From contig JBHGNT010000016.1 of NCBI GenBank assembly GCA_043228905.1, forward strand, positions 1,922,001 to 1,986,000: 64,000 nucleotides of DNA. The letters run 5' to 3'. The position numbers and the translations under genes are program-made. Of the stretch, positions 13,178 through 25,408 are shown piece by piece. Position 1 is the stretch's first letter; every line of letters starts with the position of its first letter. This stretch comes from Azolla caroliniana (Eukaryota > Plantae > Polypodiophyta). Under the pieces are notes generated by a model. It searched no databases. It was not told the DNA's origin and worked only from the letters and a program-made list of their open reading frames with translations.

Positions 13178-13499
13178 GTTGGCACCTGTTTTTCCTTACC
13201 CGCGCGTGTGCACATCGTGTACTAAAATAGAATGTCGTGCCATGTGGCGGCGGTTTAATACCCTATTAATAGCCCACTATGTACCTTTTCAAAGTGCATA
13301 TTCACTCCTTGTTTTTGCATGTGTCCGTTCACCCCTCACCCTTGCATGATTTACTTTGATTTGATTTTTTTTGACTTTTTGATTTTTGATTTTTGATTGA
13401 TTGATTGATTTATTTATAAAAATGGTTTTGCTAATTCGCAACCGGTCCCACTGGACCCCTATCCGGATTGTGGTCCTTGCTAGCCGCTGGACCGCTTGT

Positions 13500-16400
13500 C
13501 GTCGCTTCTGACTTACCGGTGTTCGGTTCTGTGTTTCCCTTTACTTGTTCAAATGGGTTTCTTGGCATGGGTCCATTGTACGGTTTGAGTCAGAACCCAT
13601 TGACCTATTTACCCAGAACCTCGCCGACGAGTGTCCCTAATTGGTAGGAACCGTTGAACTCACGTGTAATCCCGTATGGTCTGGTCCACCGAAACCATAG
13701 CTTTCTCGACATCTTACCCATCCGGGTCTGGAACACGAGTACCGGCTTACCGATTCTGAACATCTTTTCGTTCCCTTTTTGGTGACGATCCACAAACGCT
13801 TTCCTTTGCTGTTGCTCTAGTTCTAGGTGCATGATGCTGGCTAGCCGGTGTTCTTCCAATTCGCACAACGTGCTTAACCGGATAGCTTCTGATTCCTTCT
13901 CATTTAGGCGTTCCCGAATCTGTATTCGTAAACTCGGTACATGGAACTCTACCAACATCACTACTTCCAATCCGAATGCTAGGCGAAACGGTGTGGTGCA
14001 GATACTCGCCTTATATGCCGTTCGGTAGGCCCAGAGGGCATTGTGCAGCCTTGTATCCCAGTCCGTCTAGTTCTCATTGACGATTTTTCGCAGGATGTTC
14101 TGTAGTGTTTTATTTGTTGACTCTGCTAATCCGTTCGCTTGCGGATAATAGGGAGTGCTCCGTTTGTGCACCACCGCATAAAATGTCGTCAAACTTTCCA
14201 CTACTTGCCCTAAGAAGTGCCCACCTTGGTCACTTATGAGCTCTATCGGACATCCATACCGGCACTAGATGCATTCATATTAAAATTTTGGCGTGGATGT
14301 CGCGGTGTTGTCGCGTAGTGCTTTTGCTTCCACCCATTTCGTGCAGTAATCCGTAGCGACAATCACATACCGGTTGCCGGTTCTCATGGCCGATGGTTTG
14401 AATGGACCGACAAAATCCAGCCCCCATTTCTGAAATGGTTCTAACGGTAGCACGAGCTGATGAGGCATTTTGGCTTGTTCGGTTGGTTGGCCCATTCGTT
14501 GACATAGGTCGCATTCTTTAGCGTACCGGACTGCATCCTTCAATGTTGTCGGCTACCATAGTCCACTCTGCCATATTTTCCTTGCCGTAGCGTCTCCGAC
14601 ATAATGTCCTCCAGCCACGCCGCAGTGTGCTTCGCGCAATATTATTTCCTTTTCGTCGTTGCGCACTGCACGCCGCCATATGCTATCTGCGCCTTTGTGG
14701 TACAGTGTGTCCTGTAATAGACAGAAGTGCCGGCTTTGAACCGCTAAGCGTTTCCTTTCGTCTCTGTTCATCTCCTCCGGAGGTAAGCTGGTGCTCAGAA
14801 ATTGGTGCATGTTGGTGAGCCACTTGTCTTCCTCTGCGACCGTACTATCTGATGTCGTTTCTGCTGTGACTCTAAACAACTCTGCATTCGGAAAGTCGTC
14901 TGGGACGCCATCACCGGTTTCGCCCGAATCCAACCGGCTTAAATAGTTTGCTACCGCATGTTGTATGCCGGGTCGGTGGAATATCTCGAACTCGAATTCT
15001 TGTAATAGTAACGTCCACCGGGCTAGCTTACCGGCGAGTGATGCTTTGGATACCAAGTAGAGGAGCGCCGAATGATCTACGTGAAAGGAAAATTTCCTTC
15101 CCAATAGATAGTGTCTAAACTTGGTGACACTGTAGATCATACCCAAAGCCTCCCTTTCCGTCGTGGAATAATTATGTTTCGCTTGGGATAGCTTCAAGCT
15201 AGCATAATAGACTGGCTGGTACCATTTCGGTTCTGTCAGTTGCATCAGTGCACTCCTGATTGTGATGTCGGACGCGTCAACGAACACATGGAACTCTTTG
15301 GACCAATCCGGAGGTTGCACCACCGACGCTTGTGACAACAGTACTTTTAGTGCCCGGTAAGCCTGGTCTTTTGTGTCCGTCCATCAGAACGGTGTCCGAT
15401 GTACTACGGCATGCAATGGTGTAGCCAGGTTTGCCAGATACCGGAGCATTCGGCTATGCCACTGAACTTGTCCTAAGAACCGGCTTAATGCCTTTGCCGT
15501 GGTTGGTGCCGGTGCCTCCAGGATTGCTTTTACTTTGTCTGGATCCACTGCGATACCGTCCTTGCTCACTATGTGGCCTAGTAACGCTCTGCTGGTTACT
15601 CCGAACACGCATTTTGCCGGGTTCAGGCTTATTCGGTAAACCCTACATTTCTCCAGACATAGTCGGAGGTGCTGAGGGTGATCTCCTTCCTTGCTATAAA
15701 CAACGAAGTCGTCTAAGAACACCTGCATGAATGCCGGAATGAATTCTCCGAAAATCTCCATGATGATCCGCTGGAAGGTTGTCGACGCCGTTTTCAGTCT
15801 GAACATCATCACTACGGCAACAAAGACTCCCCATTCGGTGACAAAAGCGGTTTTCTATTGGTCGGCGGGGTGCATCTGGATTTGATTATAGCCGCTGAAA
15901 CTGTCCAAAAAATTGTACACCTTATGACCAGCGACAACATCCAGGACTCCATTCGTGAATGGAAGTGGGAAGGTGTCCGTTACCGTAGCCGCATTCAATT
16001 TCCGGTAGTCGACGCACACTTTGATCTTACCGTTCTTTTTGGGTACTACCACTATCGGGCTGAGCCATGTGGCTTTCTTTATTGGTCGGATGAAGCCCAC
16101 TCTTAGCAACTTGTCGATTTCTTCTTTGACTTTTGTTGCGTAATTCGGGTTCATTCGGTAACGCCGTTGCGCTACCGGTTTGGCGTCTTTACTCAGATGT
16201 ATCTGGTGTTAATACAACTAAGGATCGAGTCCCGACATGTCCTCGTAGGACCAGGCGAACACATTGTGAAATTCTTTTAGGAGTGTGATCATTGCCGTTT
16301 TGTTCTTCGAGGTCATTTCCTTGGCGATGTGCACCGGTCTTGTGTCCTCAGTGGTACCTAGGTTTACCTCTTCTAGTTGGGATGCTTTCACGCGCTGCGA

Positions 16401-19200
16401 TACTGCCATTTCTTTTTCCAGTGCCTCCTGTGCTTGCTGTAATTCCCGGATTGCTTCTTTATCCGGTTCCTCGTCGGTCCCGTCTGGTTGCAGTATGTAT
16501 GGTGATACTGCTTCGGCTACATCAATCTCGAACAGAGGTACGATCTTCGGATTTTCCTGTAAGTATTGATCAACCTCTTCATCCGCCAATCCTTCCAGCA
16601 TGTTGACGCATTCCGCATATAGCGGCGTTGACTCCTTGCCGGTACCAGATCGTGGTTGAGTCGGTACTCGTACTTTCTCTTTTCCACGCCGGAACGTAAT
16701 TATATTCTTCCTCCAATTTTGTTTTATGTGTGCTGTTTTTAACCAAGGGTGTCCCAACAATAGTGGGTAAGCTCCCTAAGCCTGTAGCTGGAGAACTACT
16801 ACGGAAACCCGAAATGTGTGACCCCCGATGGTCACTTCCAGATCACGTATTAATCTGGTCGGTTGTACTGAGCTTGTGTCTGCCATCCGAAGCCAAAACG
16901 GGCATAGTTCCCAGTCATGGATTCCTAGAGTGTTACACGTTCGAAGGTTGATCACGTTCACGCCGGATCCTCCATTGATAATTGTGCCCGGTAGCTCCTT
17001 TCCCTTCATGATGGCTGTGATTGCCGGACTGCTTGTGTCCACCACTACCGGTCCTTCCTCCGGATTTGAAAAGAATGCTGGAGCCGGTGGTGTGTCAGCT
17101 GCCGTCCTTCCAGTCTTCAATCCTTTCGTGAAGCGTGGTACCAGTTGCAATAGCCGGCCTAACGGCAACGTTATTTGGCATTCTTGTAACGCCTGCCAAG
17201 TTGGGTTTTCGGCTGCCCTGGGCCGGTGAGGTCTTCGACATTCTCCTTTTGTTGTTCGAGCTCTGCCACATTCCGCTCATTTGCCTTCTTCACCCATTCG
17301 GTTGCCTGCTTCCAGATGGCTTCTTGAGTTTCCCACTCCGTGGCTTTGCCTTTTGATCTTGTAGTGACTTGTTGTATGTCCGCGACTTCCGCGTCTACCA
17401 TGTTCACCGTTGGTCGCTTGTCGTAGCTCTTCGCCGGACATTGATTACTATAGTGGCCTTCTTGCCGGCAATAATAGCAGTATAGCTTCTGGGTGTTGCT
17501 GGATTCAGCGTGTGTGCTCGGTGCAGGTCCTATGGTAAGTGCTTGGTTTTGGTCCGGTTGGCTGCTTGGAGCGCCCTTTTCCGGTTCCTGTGGGTGACCC
17601 CCCTTTTTGTTGAAATGACGTTTCTTGAAATTCTTTTTGTTTCGGTAACCTTGACGGTGTTGGTCGTCATACTTGCCATAGTCGTCCCGTCAGTGGAGTG
17701 CTCCCGGTTGTATCTCTCGTACCGTCCATTATAGTCCCGATATCTATCCTGTCTGTCATACCGGTCATTAGCGTCTCTTCGATCGCTGTACCAAACATCT
17801 TGTGCTGGTCGGTAGCGTTCCTCTCGCCGCCAACGATCTTCTTCTTCCTCCTGGTTGCTCCATGGTTCAATTTGCCGGACCGGTGGTGCTTGCCGATTTA
17901 ACAAGTTATACTCATACCGTTCCATTGTGTGACTTCTGGAGTGGCAGAGCAAGCATGGTGCATTCCAGTGCCGAATGTCCGGCATTCAGGCATGTCGTAC
18001 ATTGAACTGCTTGCCGGAAACGAAGGTCCTCTTCCGTTGGTAGTGCATGCTGAAGTGCACCCATGGTTAGCCATGAACTTGAGGTTTCCATTTCCCGAAC
18101 TCGGTCGATCACTTGATCTATGTTGCTGGTGTGGAAATCAATAATGGTGCACACCGTATGTAAGGGTTCCTGGAGGGCTGCTAAGAATATGGCCTTTGTT
18201 TCTTCCTCCGGTGGTGTTCAGTTGAGCTGACTGTGGATCCGCTGTAACCGGATGACAAACTGTTGAATGTTCTCTGTTGGTTCCTGCCGGATACTGTAAA
18301 ATAAGCCTACCATTTCCCGTTGGTCCATCTCCTTGCGAAAGAAATGCAAATTTTTTGTATTTAATGTTTCAAACGTGGGGATGGTGCTGGGATCTTGTGT
18401 TCGGTGCCATCTGGCGGCAGGTCCCTCCAAGGTCATGCCGAACTCTACTCTTTTTGAGCGTTCCTCCTTGGCTGCATTTAAGCGTTGGGACACATGGTTC
18501 GCCTCCCAGGTCTGCTAAAACGCATGGACGTGGGCTTTCGCGTCCGGATCATCCTGGTATCTGGGATATTGGAACGACATATCGTCGTTTGGTGTCGGTA
18601 CACGGGCTGGTGGTGTCGGTGGTCGTTCCTCCCCTTTTGGTGTCGGAGGTTTTTCCCGGTCTTCTATCGCCGTCGGAGGTCTTTCCTACTCCTCTTTCGG
18701 TGTCGGAGGCTTCTCCTCCTCGACTTCCGGTGTCGGAGGTCTTTCGTCCTCAACTTCTGGTTCCGGAGTGTGGTCGACTTCCGGTATCAGAGGTTCCAAC
18801 CTTGTCTATTATGGTTTCGGTGTCGGCAAGGTATTCGACTCCTCGTCCTCGTTCGCCTGGGGTGTCGTTACTGCTGCGGTAGTTCGTCTGCGCGTTGTAT
18901 TCCCTGTCCGAACCCGATTTAGATGCCGAAAATGCTTCGGATTTGCCTTCCCCCGCTGCCAATGCCTGGAGAAGGGATTCCGCTTCCCGGAGGTTGCTTA
19001 GGCTGATTCCTTCGTCCGGGTAGGCGTTTTGTGGTAACTGAAGTGATTCCTTGGCCACTCTTCGAATCACCTTGGAAAATGAGCGATCCGCTCTGATTTC
19101 TTCTGCCGCTTGCTAGAAAGCATCTCGCTTCCTCAACCGTTCAGCAAGTCTCCTTGCTCGCTCTGTAACCGGGTCGTTCGTTGGTCGCGTCATCCATTCC
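13500..19200 (-). pseudogene. Gypsy gag-pol (gag with CCHC knuckles, protease, RT, RNase H, integrase), with stops and frameshifts
   Basis: Zinc knuckles CTTCLNAGHSALEC and CYYCRQEGHYSNQC. Protease IINGGSGVNVI. RT WLSPIVVVPKKNGKIKVCVDYRKLN and FLDDF. RNase H FHVFVDASD...YSTTEREAL. Integrase [24 protein letters not shown] and a GPY/F-like WTRPY. No chromodomain seen. Confidence 0.93.
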
Positions 19201-19252
19201 CATCGATGTTTCATCCATTCCCGTCAATGTTCGTTGCGATTGTGCAGGAATC

Positions 19253-19262
19253 GTGGTCGCCA
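19253..19262 (-). promoter_or_regulatory. Primer-binding site (tRNA-Arg UCG-like) of the Gypsy element
   Basis: The minus strand reads LTR-CAGTTTT-TGGCGACCAC. This is complementary to the ...GUGGUCGCCA 3' end I recall for plant tRNA-Arg(UCG); the match is 10 nt. Confidence 0.65.
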
Positions 19263-19269
19263 AAAACTG

Positions 19270-19718
19270 TGTTAATCCTTAGGGCCGGACAATGGCCTAA
19301 CACAGGGTGTCTCCGGAAGACACTTCACCAAAGGGGTGTTACGGCGAGATAACTTAAGACACAACGATTAATCCGACTTAATTGGCTACTTAGCAATAAG
19401 GCATTCACTTAATACACGCGTAAGATATAACAATTAGTATAGAATGGTAATCAATACGTGAAGATAAAACAAGAAGCTTATATTAATTCTCCGTCAAAGT
19501 TATACATTGTAACCGGGCCTTTATATAGGTCACCAGTGTTGCGTACAAAACGGTGCCAACCGGCACCTGTTCAGAACCGGTCCGGATCCGGATCAGCATA
19601 CCGATTCCGGTCCGTCCGTTCACTACATAATTATAATCTATTTTACTTAATTAAAATATATTCCGAATAACCATCCCTTTCACATTCTGGTCTTTAATCC
19701 TTTATCGGCCGGGTAACA
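19270..19718 (-). repeat. 5' LTR of the Gypsy element
   Basis: Direct repeat of 9702-10150. Confidence 0.95.
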
Positions 19719-20406
19719 GCCTCTAGTTCGTTCACCCTCAACTGGGGACATGCTTGCTGGATTTGTCTTGAGGATGATGTGGTGAAATACGATGGCACAT
19801 GCGATGCTAAGTACAGAGGGGAGAATGGCATTGTGCAGCTGATCAAGGACAACATGGTACCTACAACTTGTGCATAGAATCAAAAACTTGGAGATTTTTG
19901 GATGTTGCTTGCCCCCATTACTATATGGTATATATGGACAACAAAGTGTATCAGGGTATTTTCAGCACACAAACGCCCCCCAACTGAATCGATTAAGCTA
20001 ATCTAGCACACATTAATAACTACACTAACAGCTCAATATGAGAGGATTGATGGTACTAATGATGCTGTAGAACTAATGAGGCTGAATTTTCGAAAGCGAT
20101 GGTGTACTACACCGATGGCTGCAGCAAATGGAATGGATATACTATGGAAGTATGAAGTACCCAAATGGTTGTTCCCCCCTCCCATTAGATGAACGAGGGG
20201 CGTGAAAGACATAGCATGTGGGATAGTGAATGTAGGTGATGTGCATGAAAGGATGGCTAGAGCCATATGTGAAAGTGTAAGATAAATAGGCAAGATCTCT
20301 TGTGTAGGATAGGATAGTCTTGGCTCAGCCTTCCCAAGAAAGGGATCGAGTTTTATGTATATTTTAACTAAAGGAGTATATTCTTTTTTTGGAAAATAAA
20401 ATAAAA
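19719..20406 (+). mobile_element. L1-like LINE remnant, 3' part (continuation of 9240-9701)
   Basis: Removing the Gypsy element and one TSD gives CHA-SSSFTLNWGHACWICLEDD in frame. Later WYIWTTKCIRVF...WKYEVPKWLFPPP. An A-rich tail lies near 20393-20406. Confidence 0.75.
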
Positions 20407-20479
20407 TTCTACACCTCTTCAAAGAATGATGTATTTTGAAGCTGTACAAAAAGGTAAGGACAAGGATATTACATTTTCG

Positions 20480-23100
20480 ACAAAGCTCAACAATTTTCTA
20501 TTGGTATGTGGCCTCTTGATAAGCAAAGGAGCTTTATCTTACCAAAGTTAAGGATTATTCTCATGTACAAATTGAATAAGTTTAGAGATCTCCATTTTTG
20601 CACTTCAAAGGATTTATTGTCCCATTCCTTTGCTTTCTCAAATTGATACAACCACCAAAAAGTCATTGTTTTCTCACGATGAACTCGTTTTCTTATTATG
20701 CAATCAAAGCACACATCAAATTCCTAGATGTTCTAAAAGAAGAACATATCATTCTCTCCTTTTGAAGTAGGACTAATTGCATACTCTTTTTACCACATCA
20801 TCAATGTCTCCATCACTAACCTATTGTCTTTCCACATAACTAGTATCACATGCAATCCTCATTGGTACGTCCAACTTGTGGCCTATGTGGATTACTAGTC
20901 GTAGACGTTTGTGTACTAAAGGATAAATGCCATTGCCTTATATTGGGAGCTCCTTAAAGAGAAAAGGTCCATGGTCTAAGTGAGACACCCTTAATTACAA
21001 ACCCTCTCACATTGTTTCGCATCCTCATAATTATTATAACCATCTTGTTCCTTTTCTAAGCAAGTGGTAAGAATTGCCATCTTGGGGGACGATCTCATTG
21101 AAGTATAAGAGACTTGAGGGAGGTTCACTTACAAGTTTTTTCCTTCAAATATATAAATCAAATTCGTTGTACCAACAAAAGCCTTTCTAAAACAATCCGG
21201 TACAACCTATGTCTAACCCACTTCATATGCAAATCCATCATATTTTAGTATCCACAAACATTCTTTGATGTCAATGGGATACCTCACTAGGTGCTTCTTG
21301 AGAAACACAAGACTCACGTCGACTGTTCTTTAGTGTTGGTGTTAGACATCTATTTCCTTCACTATTCAAGATGTCTTGATATATTGTCTACATAAATTTG
21401 AATTGTGGTTGTATCATCTACTTAGATACATACCAAAAGAGTTAAATGCGGTTGAGTATGCCACAATGGATTAATCTAACTTTGCATTTATTCGAAGACC
21501 ACACACACAAAATAGAAAATCTTTTAATGTCCATGAGGAGGCCAAATTTGACCTGTGGGACCAAATAAACATATAATCTTGTATTTGACTCCTGCCTAAG
21601 AAGAGGGGTTACTAATCTGTCATAAAAACTCTCCGTGTGAAGATAATGCACAGACTTCTTGGTGGGATTGAGTATGACACTTACATTATCACGTTTGTCT
21701 AATAAGTCGTCATACATCTCGTCAATAACCTAATATGTTGAGCATGCAAGAAGTAAGTGATATTCATCCTCCAATAGGTTTTCATTGTATACTTTGCATA
21801 TCTTCATATTATGATGATGATGTCATGATACTCCTTCAACACCTAACTTGTGTGAGAAATTTTAAGGCTCTCAGAGTAGTGTAAAACGTTCATGGGGGTA
21901 GTAACTTGTGGTTGAATATGTTCTAGCATTTTTACCGTGTATTGGGACCAAAGTTGGAAGTTAACATTTGCAATACAATATTCCAATTCTGACATTTTGC
22001 ATCTCGCTACTTCATCCTTAGTGTCTCTATTAATCTAGCCTCAATGATCACATACTACACAACATCAACTCCAATACATCTTTTATTCCCCATCTTTTAA
22101 ACCATTTCATAAGGTCACATGCCCAACCAAATGAGAGGATTTTGCTCTCATTGATTTTTGTACCTTGCATCCTATTTTCCAAGCCTATTTTGGCAATATG
22201 TGATTAGGCATATTCTTTACCTGTATGATATACTTGTATACACTTTGACTGGCTAGTACATCTATAGGTTGAGGATTTTACACCCAATCGACTAGAATGA
22301 CAAGATAGGATGTTGAGGATTTTACCCCCAATTGTCTACATAAGAACAATTTTTTAATTTCCTCTATTTCATTCCATCACTAAGTGAGACAATGCCACCC
22401 CATACTTTCTCCCCAAGAAACAACACTTGGACCACCATCTCAATGCATAACATCCATTTGAGTGTTATTGGTAAAGCTAGTTGAGTTTTTATGTCCCAAG
22501 TTTGGGCATTATTGATTGTGAAAATGTTGTGTACAAGTTGAAGGAATTAATTTAAAGAAGATGCAACTCAAATACCTATTCTTGTGGAAGACTATCCATT
22601 CCTTGAAACCACTTGGGATTCTATAGACTATCTCAAGAATGCACGAGACATTAGAATTCGATACTAGAAGAAGAGACATTGTCATGGCCACTAACAAGGA
22701 TTTGTATGACCATATAGATATCGTTCAAAATATGACAAGGGCTAGATAGGGATAGCAAGGGATTGAGAATCTTGACAAATATATGCTTGTGAGGTGGCAC
22801 ACATAGTCATGCATTGCATATCTAATTGTATAAAAAGGGGATTTCACCCTAGTTGATCACACCCTTTCAATGGGTTTTCATTTAGGAAGCGAACATTTTA
22901 CCTTTTGATGACATAAGATTGTGTTCAACCATGTTAGGTATTGGGGTGTGTAGTACAATTGGAGTACGAGAAATTGGTTCTTGTTTAGTCTTAGTGGAAT
23001 ATCACAACAAACACAAAAATTGAGAGAAATTTTGATTTTGTAACTTACACAACTAGGCTCTATCAAAACCTTATCCTTATAAAACTAAGTCTTACAACAC
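20480..23100 (-). mobile_element. Highly decayed Gypsy-like pol remnant
   Basis: Scattered integrase C-terminal-like (KAKEWDNK.FEVQK...GKIKLL) and RT-connection-like (FYDRLVTPLL) fragments. No intact ORF; boundaries are approximate. Confidence 0.4.
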
Positions 23101-23288
23101 CTTATAAGGTTTATCTTGCCATCCTCTCTATTGTATTAGGGACAAGGTTTTCTTGTATTGACATGTTTAATATATAATTGAGAGAGAGAGGGAGAAGAAG
23201 AAAAAGGATGAGAAGTAATAATATAGTATAACATCCAAAAAGACCTCCGAGGCTAGTTAGAAACGTCTCTTATACATCACAAAAGTGT

Positions 23289-23289
23289 C

Positions 23290-23348
<59 letters not shown>
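23289..23348. repeat. Compound (TA)n(GA)n microsatellite
   Basis: Visible directly in the sequence. Confidence 0.95.
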
Positions 23349-23349
<1 letters not shown>

Positions 23350-23741
23350 ATAGCTCTCTTGTTTCAATAAAGAGATATCATACAACATTTGCAAATGAGG
23401 ATAAAGTAAAGACACCAAAGATTAGGATTTAGTCATGGATGAAATGCATTGTTTTATTACATTTCTTGAACGGTAAGGGCTTCATTATACCCAATAAGAA
23501 ATGCCCATCAACATGCACTTCAAGCTGGGTACACATTTAACCTCCGCTAGCTTGCAAAGAGAATATGACCACCAAACTTAGTGAATATAATCATATAACT
23601 TAATAAAGAACTCGAGACTATTAATACTGGTATATTTTTATTTCTTATACGAGTCTTTATATATACCAGAATGTGAATATATGGCACTGATTCAACTTTC
23701 CAAAATCAATTGAACTTTCGAAATTGCACATGTATGGGTAC

Positions 23742-25408
23742 TCATTCAACTTTCCAAAACGCGGCTGTTTTCAAATCGTCTTCTTCCATTTGTTTGCTGT
23801 TCTTTTCATGATCATATGAAACTGGCCTTTCCCCTCCAAATGATACGTTCAATTTTTCTTTGTCAAAAAGTTCTTCCATTAACCTAAGACTCTCTGGGTT
23901 GGAGTACACAAACTTCACTTTTTGGTAGGTTTTTGGGTCAAGGAAATGTCTCACCACCTATCAAAACAAAAAGTTGGCAATTGGATACACACTTGTTCAC
24001 ATTACATGACTAACAACCTATATCTGATGTCTGTGTATGCGTCTACGTATATAGACCTATATGTATATGTAAGTGTGTGATATGTATATGTACATATACA
24101 TGCCTAATGTCTATGCATACCTACGCATGTAGATGAAAATCTACTGTTACATAGATCTATATGCATACATATGTATGTGTATGTGCAACACACATATATT
24201 TATGTATATATGTACGCACATATAGTATTTGCATGCACACATATGCATGCATGTTCTTTTCCAAGATATCAATGCCATACCTTCCAAAAAGCTTGAAAAA
24301 TCCTTGGAGGATTGTAAAGTATCGCATATGCAAGCCTTTCTGGATAGTGGTTTTGAAGAACATTGGTAGTTTCATAGGTTAATTTTACAGACACAGCCGT
24401 GGTAAATGACCATCCCGTAAAATCAATTAACCAGACCATTTGTTCTTGATCAGGAGGTAAGTTTATAACTGCATTCTCTAATAAGTAAATCAAATGCCGA
24501 ATTTGACCCTCAGGACATTTAGTATTCTGTGGATACAGATAGTAAAACAGATGCACATACAGTCTTTAGTTTCTCATTGGAGACACCAGCAAGTTCATTT
24601 TTGGGGAGAAAACTCCAAAATATCCCTAAATTTTTCTTTATTTCCTCAAATGCACTTGGTCAACACCGAAACGAGCAATGTTTTAGTGAATTAATCCCCT
24701 TTTTGCAGTTATATACTGTGCAATGTGAGCAATAATATGAACAATTTATCCCATTCTTCTCTCTTCCTGAGAACTGACCTAAAGCATTCAAGGAAATAAT
24801 GAAAAATCATTTTGGGGGAGGAGGGCATTAAAAGAACTCAGGGACACTTCAGAGTTCTGCTTTCTTTCTTTCCTTCTTTCTTACCTGGTTTGCTGGCACT
24901 AGCACCAAGACAGTTCTTCCTTGTTTATCGAAAAAATCAGCTCGGTATACTTTCCCTGTTTCGCCTTCTGTTGCTACATCTTTCTAGATAATTTGTGTTG
25001 TTAAACATAATAGTTAGTCTTTTTCATGTATCATGTATAATGTGATGAATACTAGATAATCATACAAAACTTACCCATCGGATCTGTTCTGGTTTGTATG
25101 ATGTTCTCCAAGCAAGAGTGTCTTCGAGCATTTTCTTCGACTTTTGCACATCCCAATTCCGTGCTATAAGGTACCGTCTCAAACAGTCATCCGAACAATA
25201 CTTCCGTGCAATATGATCAGATACTTCTTCACTGATAGATAACCTCAGTTCATTCACCTGTGGTTGTGCATTAAATCCAAGGTCCTTGACTCATGCATGC
25301 ACAAAAAGAGAAGTGTACTCTAATTTTTTTCATTACCTTATGTTGCTCTTCTTCAGGAGTGTAAACATCCAATACATGAGCTTCATGATGCTTACGCCAG
25401 AACATCAT
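23742..25408 (-). CDS. CRAL-TRIO/Sec14-like phosphatidylinositol transfer protein (PDR16/random slug 5-like), 5 exons, about 271 aa
   Basis: Exons 25408-25337, 25257-25075, 24983-24885, 24526-24281 and 23957-23742, all GT-AG and phase 0 (816 nt). Motifs CLRRYLIARNWDVQKSKKMLEDTLAWR, EGETGKVYRADFFDKQGRTVLV, QMVWLIDFTGW, LQNHYPERL, FLDPKTYQKVKF and FGG. Confidence 0.93.

Larger units (their letters stand above)
9702..19718 (-). mobile_element. Full-length non-chromoviral Ty3/Gypsy LTR retrotransposon (Athila/Tat-related group), degenerate ORFs
   Basis: Two 449-bp LTRs with TGTTA...TAACA ends, about 13 mismatches by eye. TSD GCCTA/GCCTC. Minus-strand order gag-PR-RT-RH-INT plus an extra ORF. TATA-like CTATATAAAG on the minus strand in the LTRs. 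Confidence 0.95.

Noticed and set aside
11135-18922. Plus-strand ORFs inside the Gypsy element
   Set aside because: Antisense shadows of GC-rich minus-strand coding sequence.
24020-24255. ORFs and repeats in a TA/CA-rich stretch
   Set aside because: Degenerate purine-pyrimidine microsatellite inside Sec14 intron 4.
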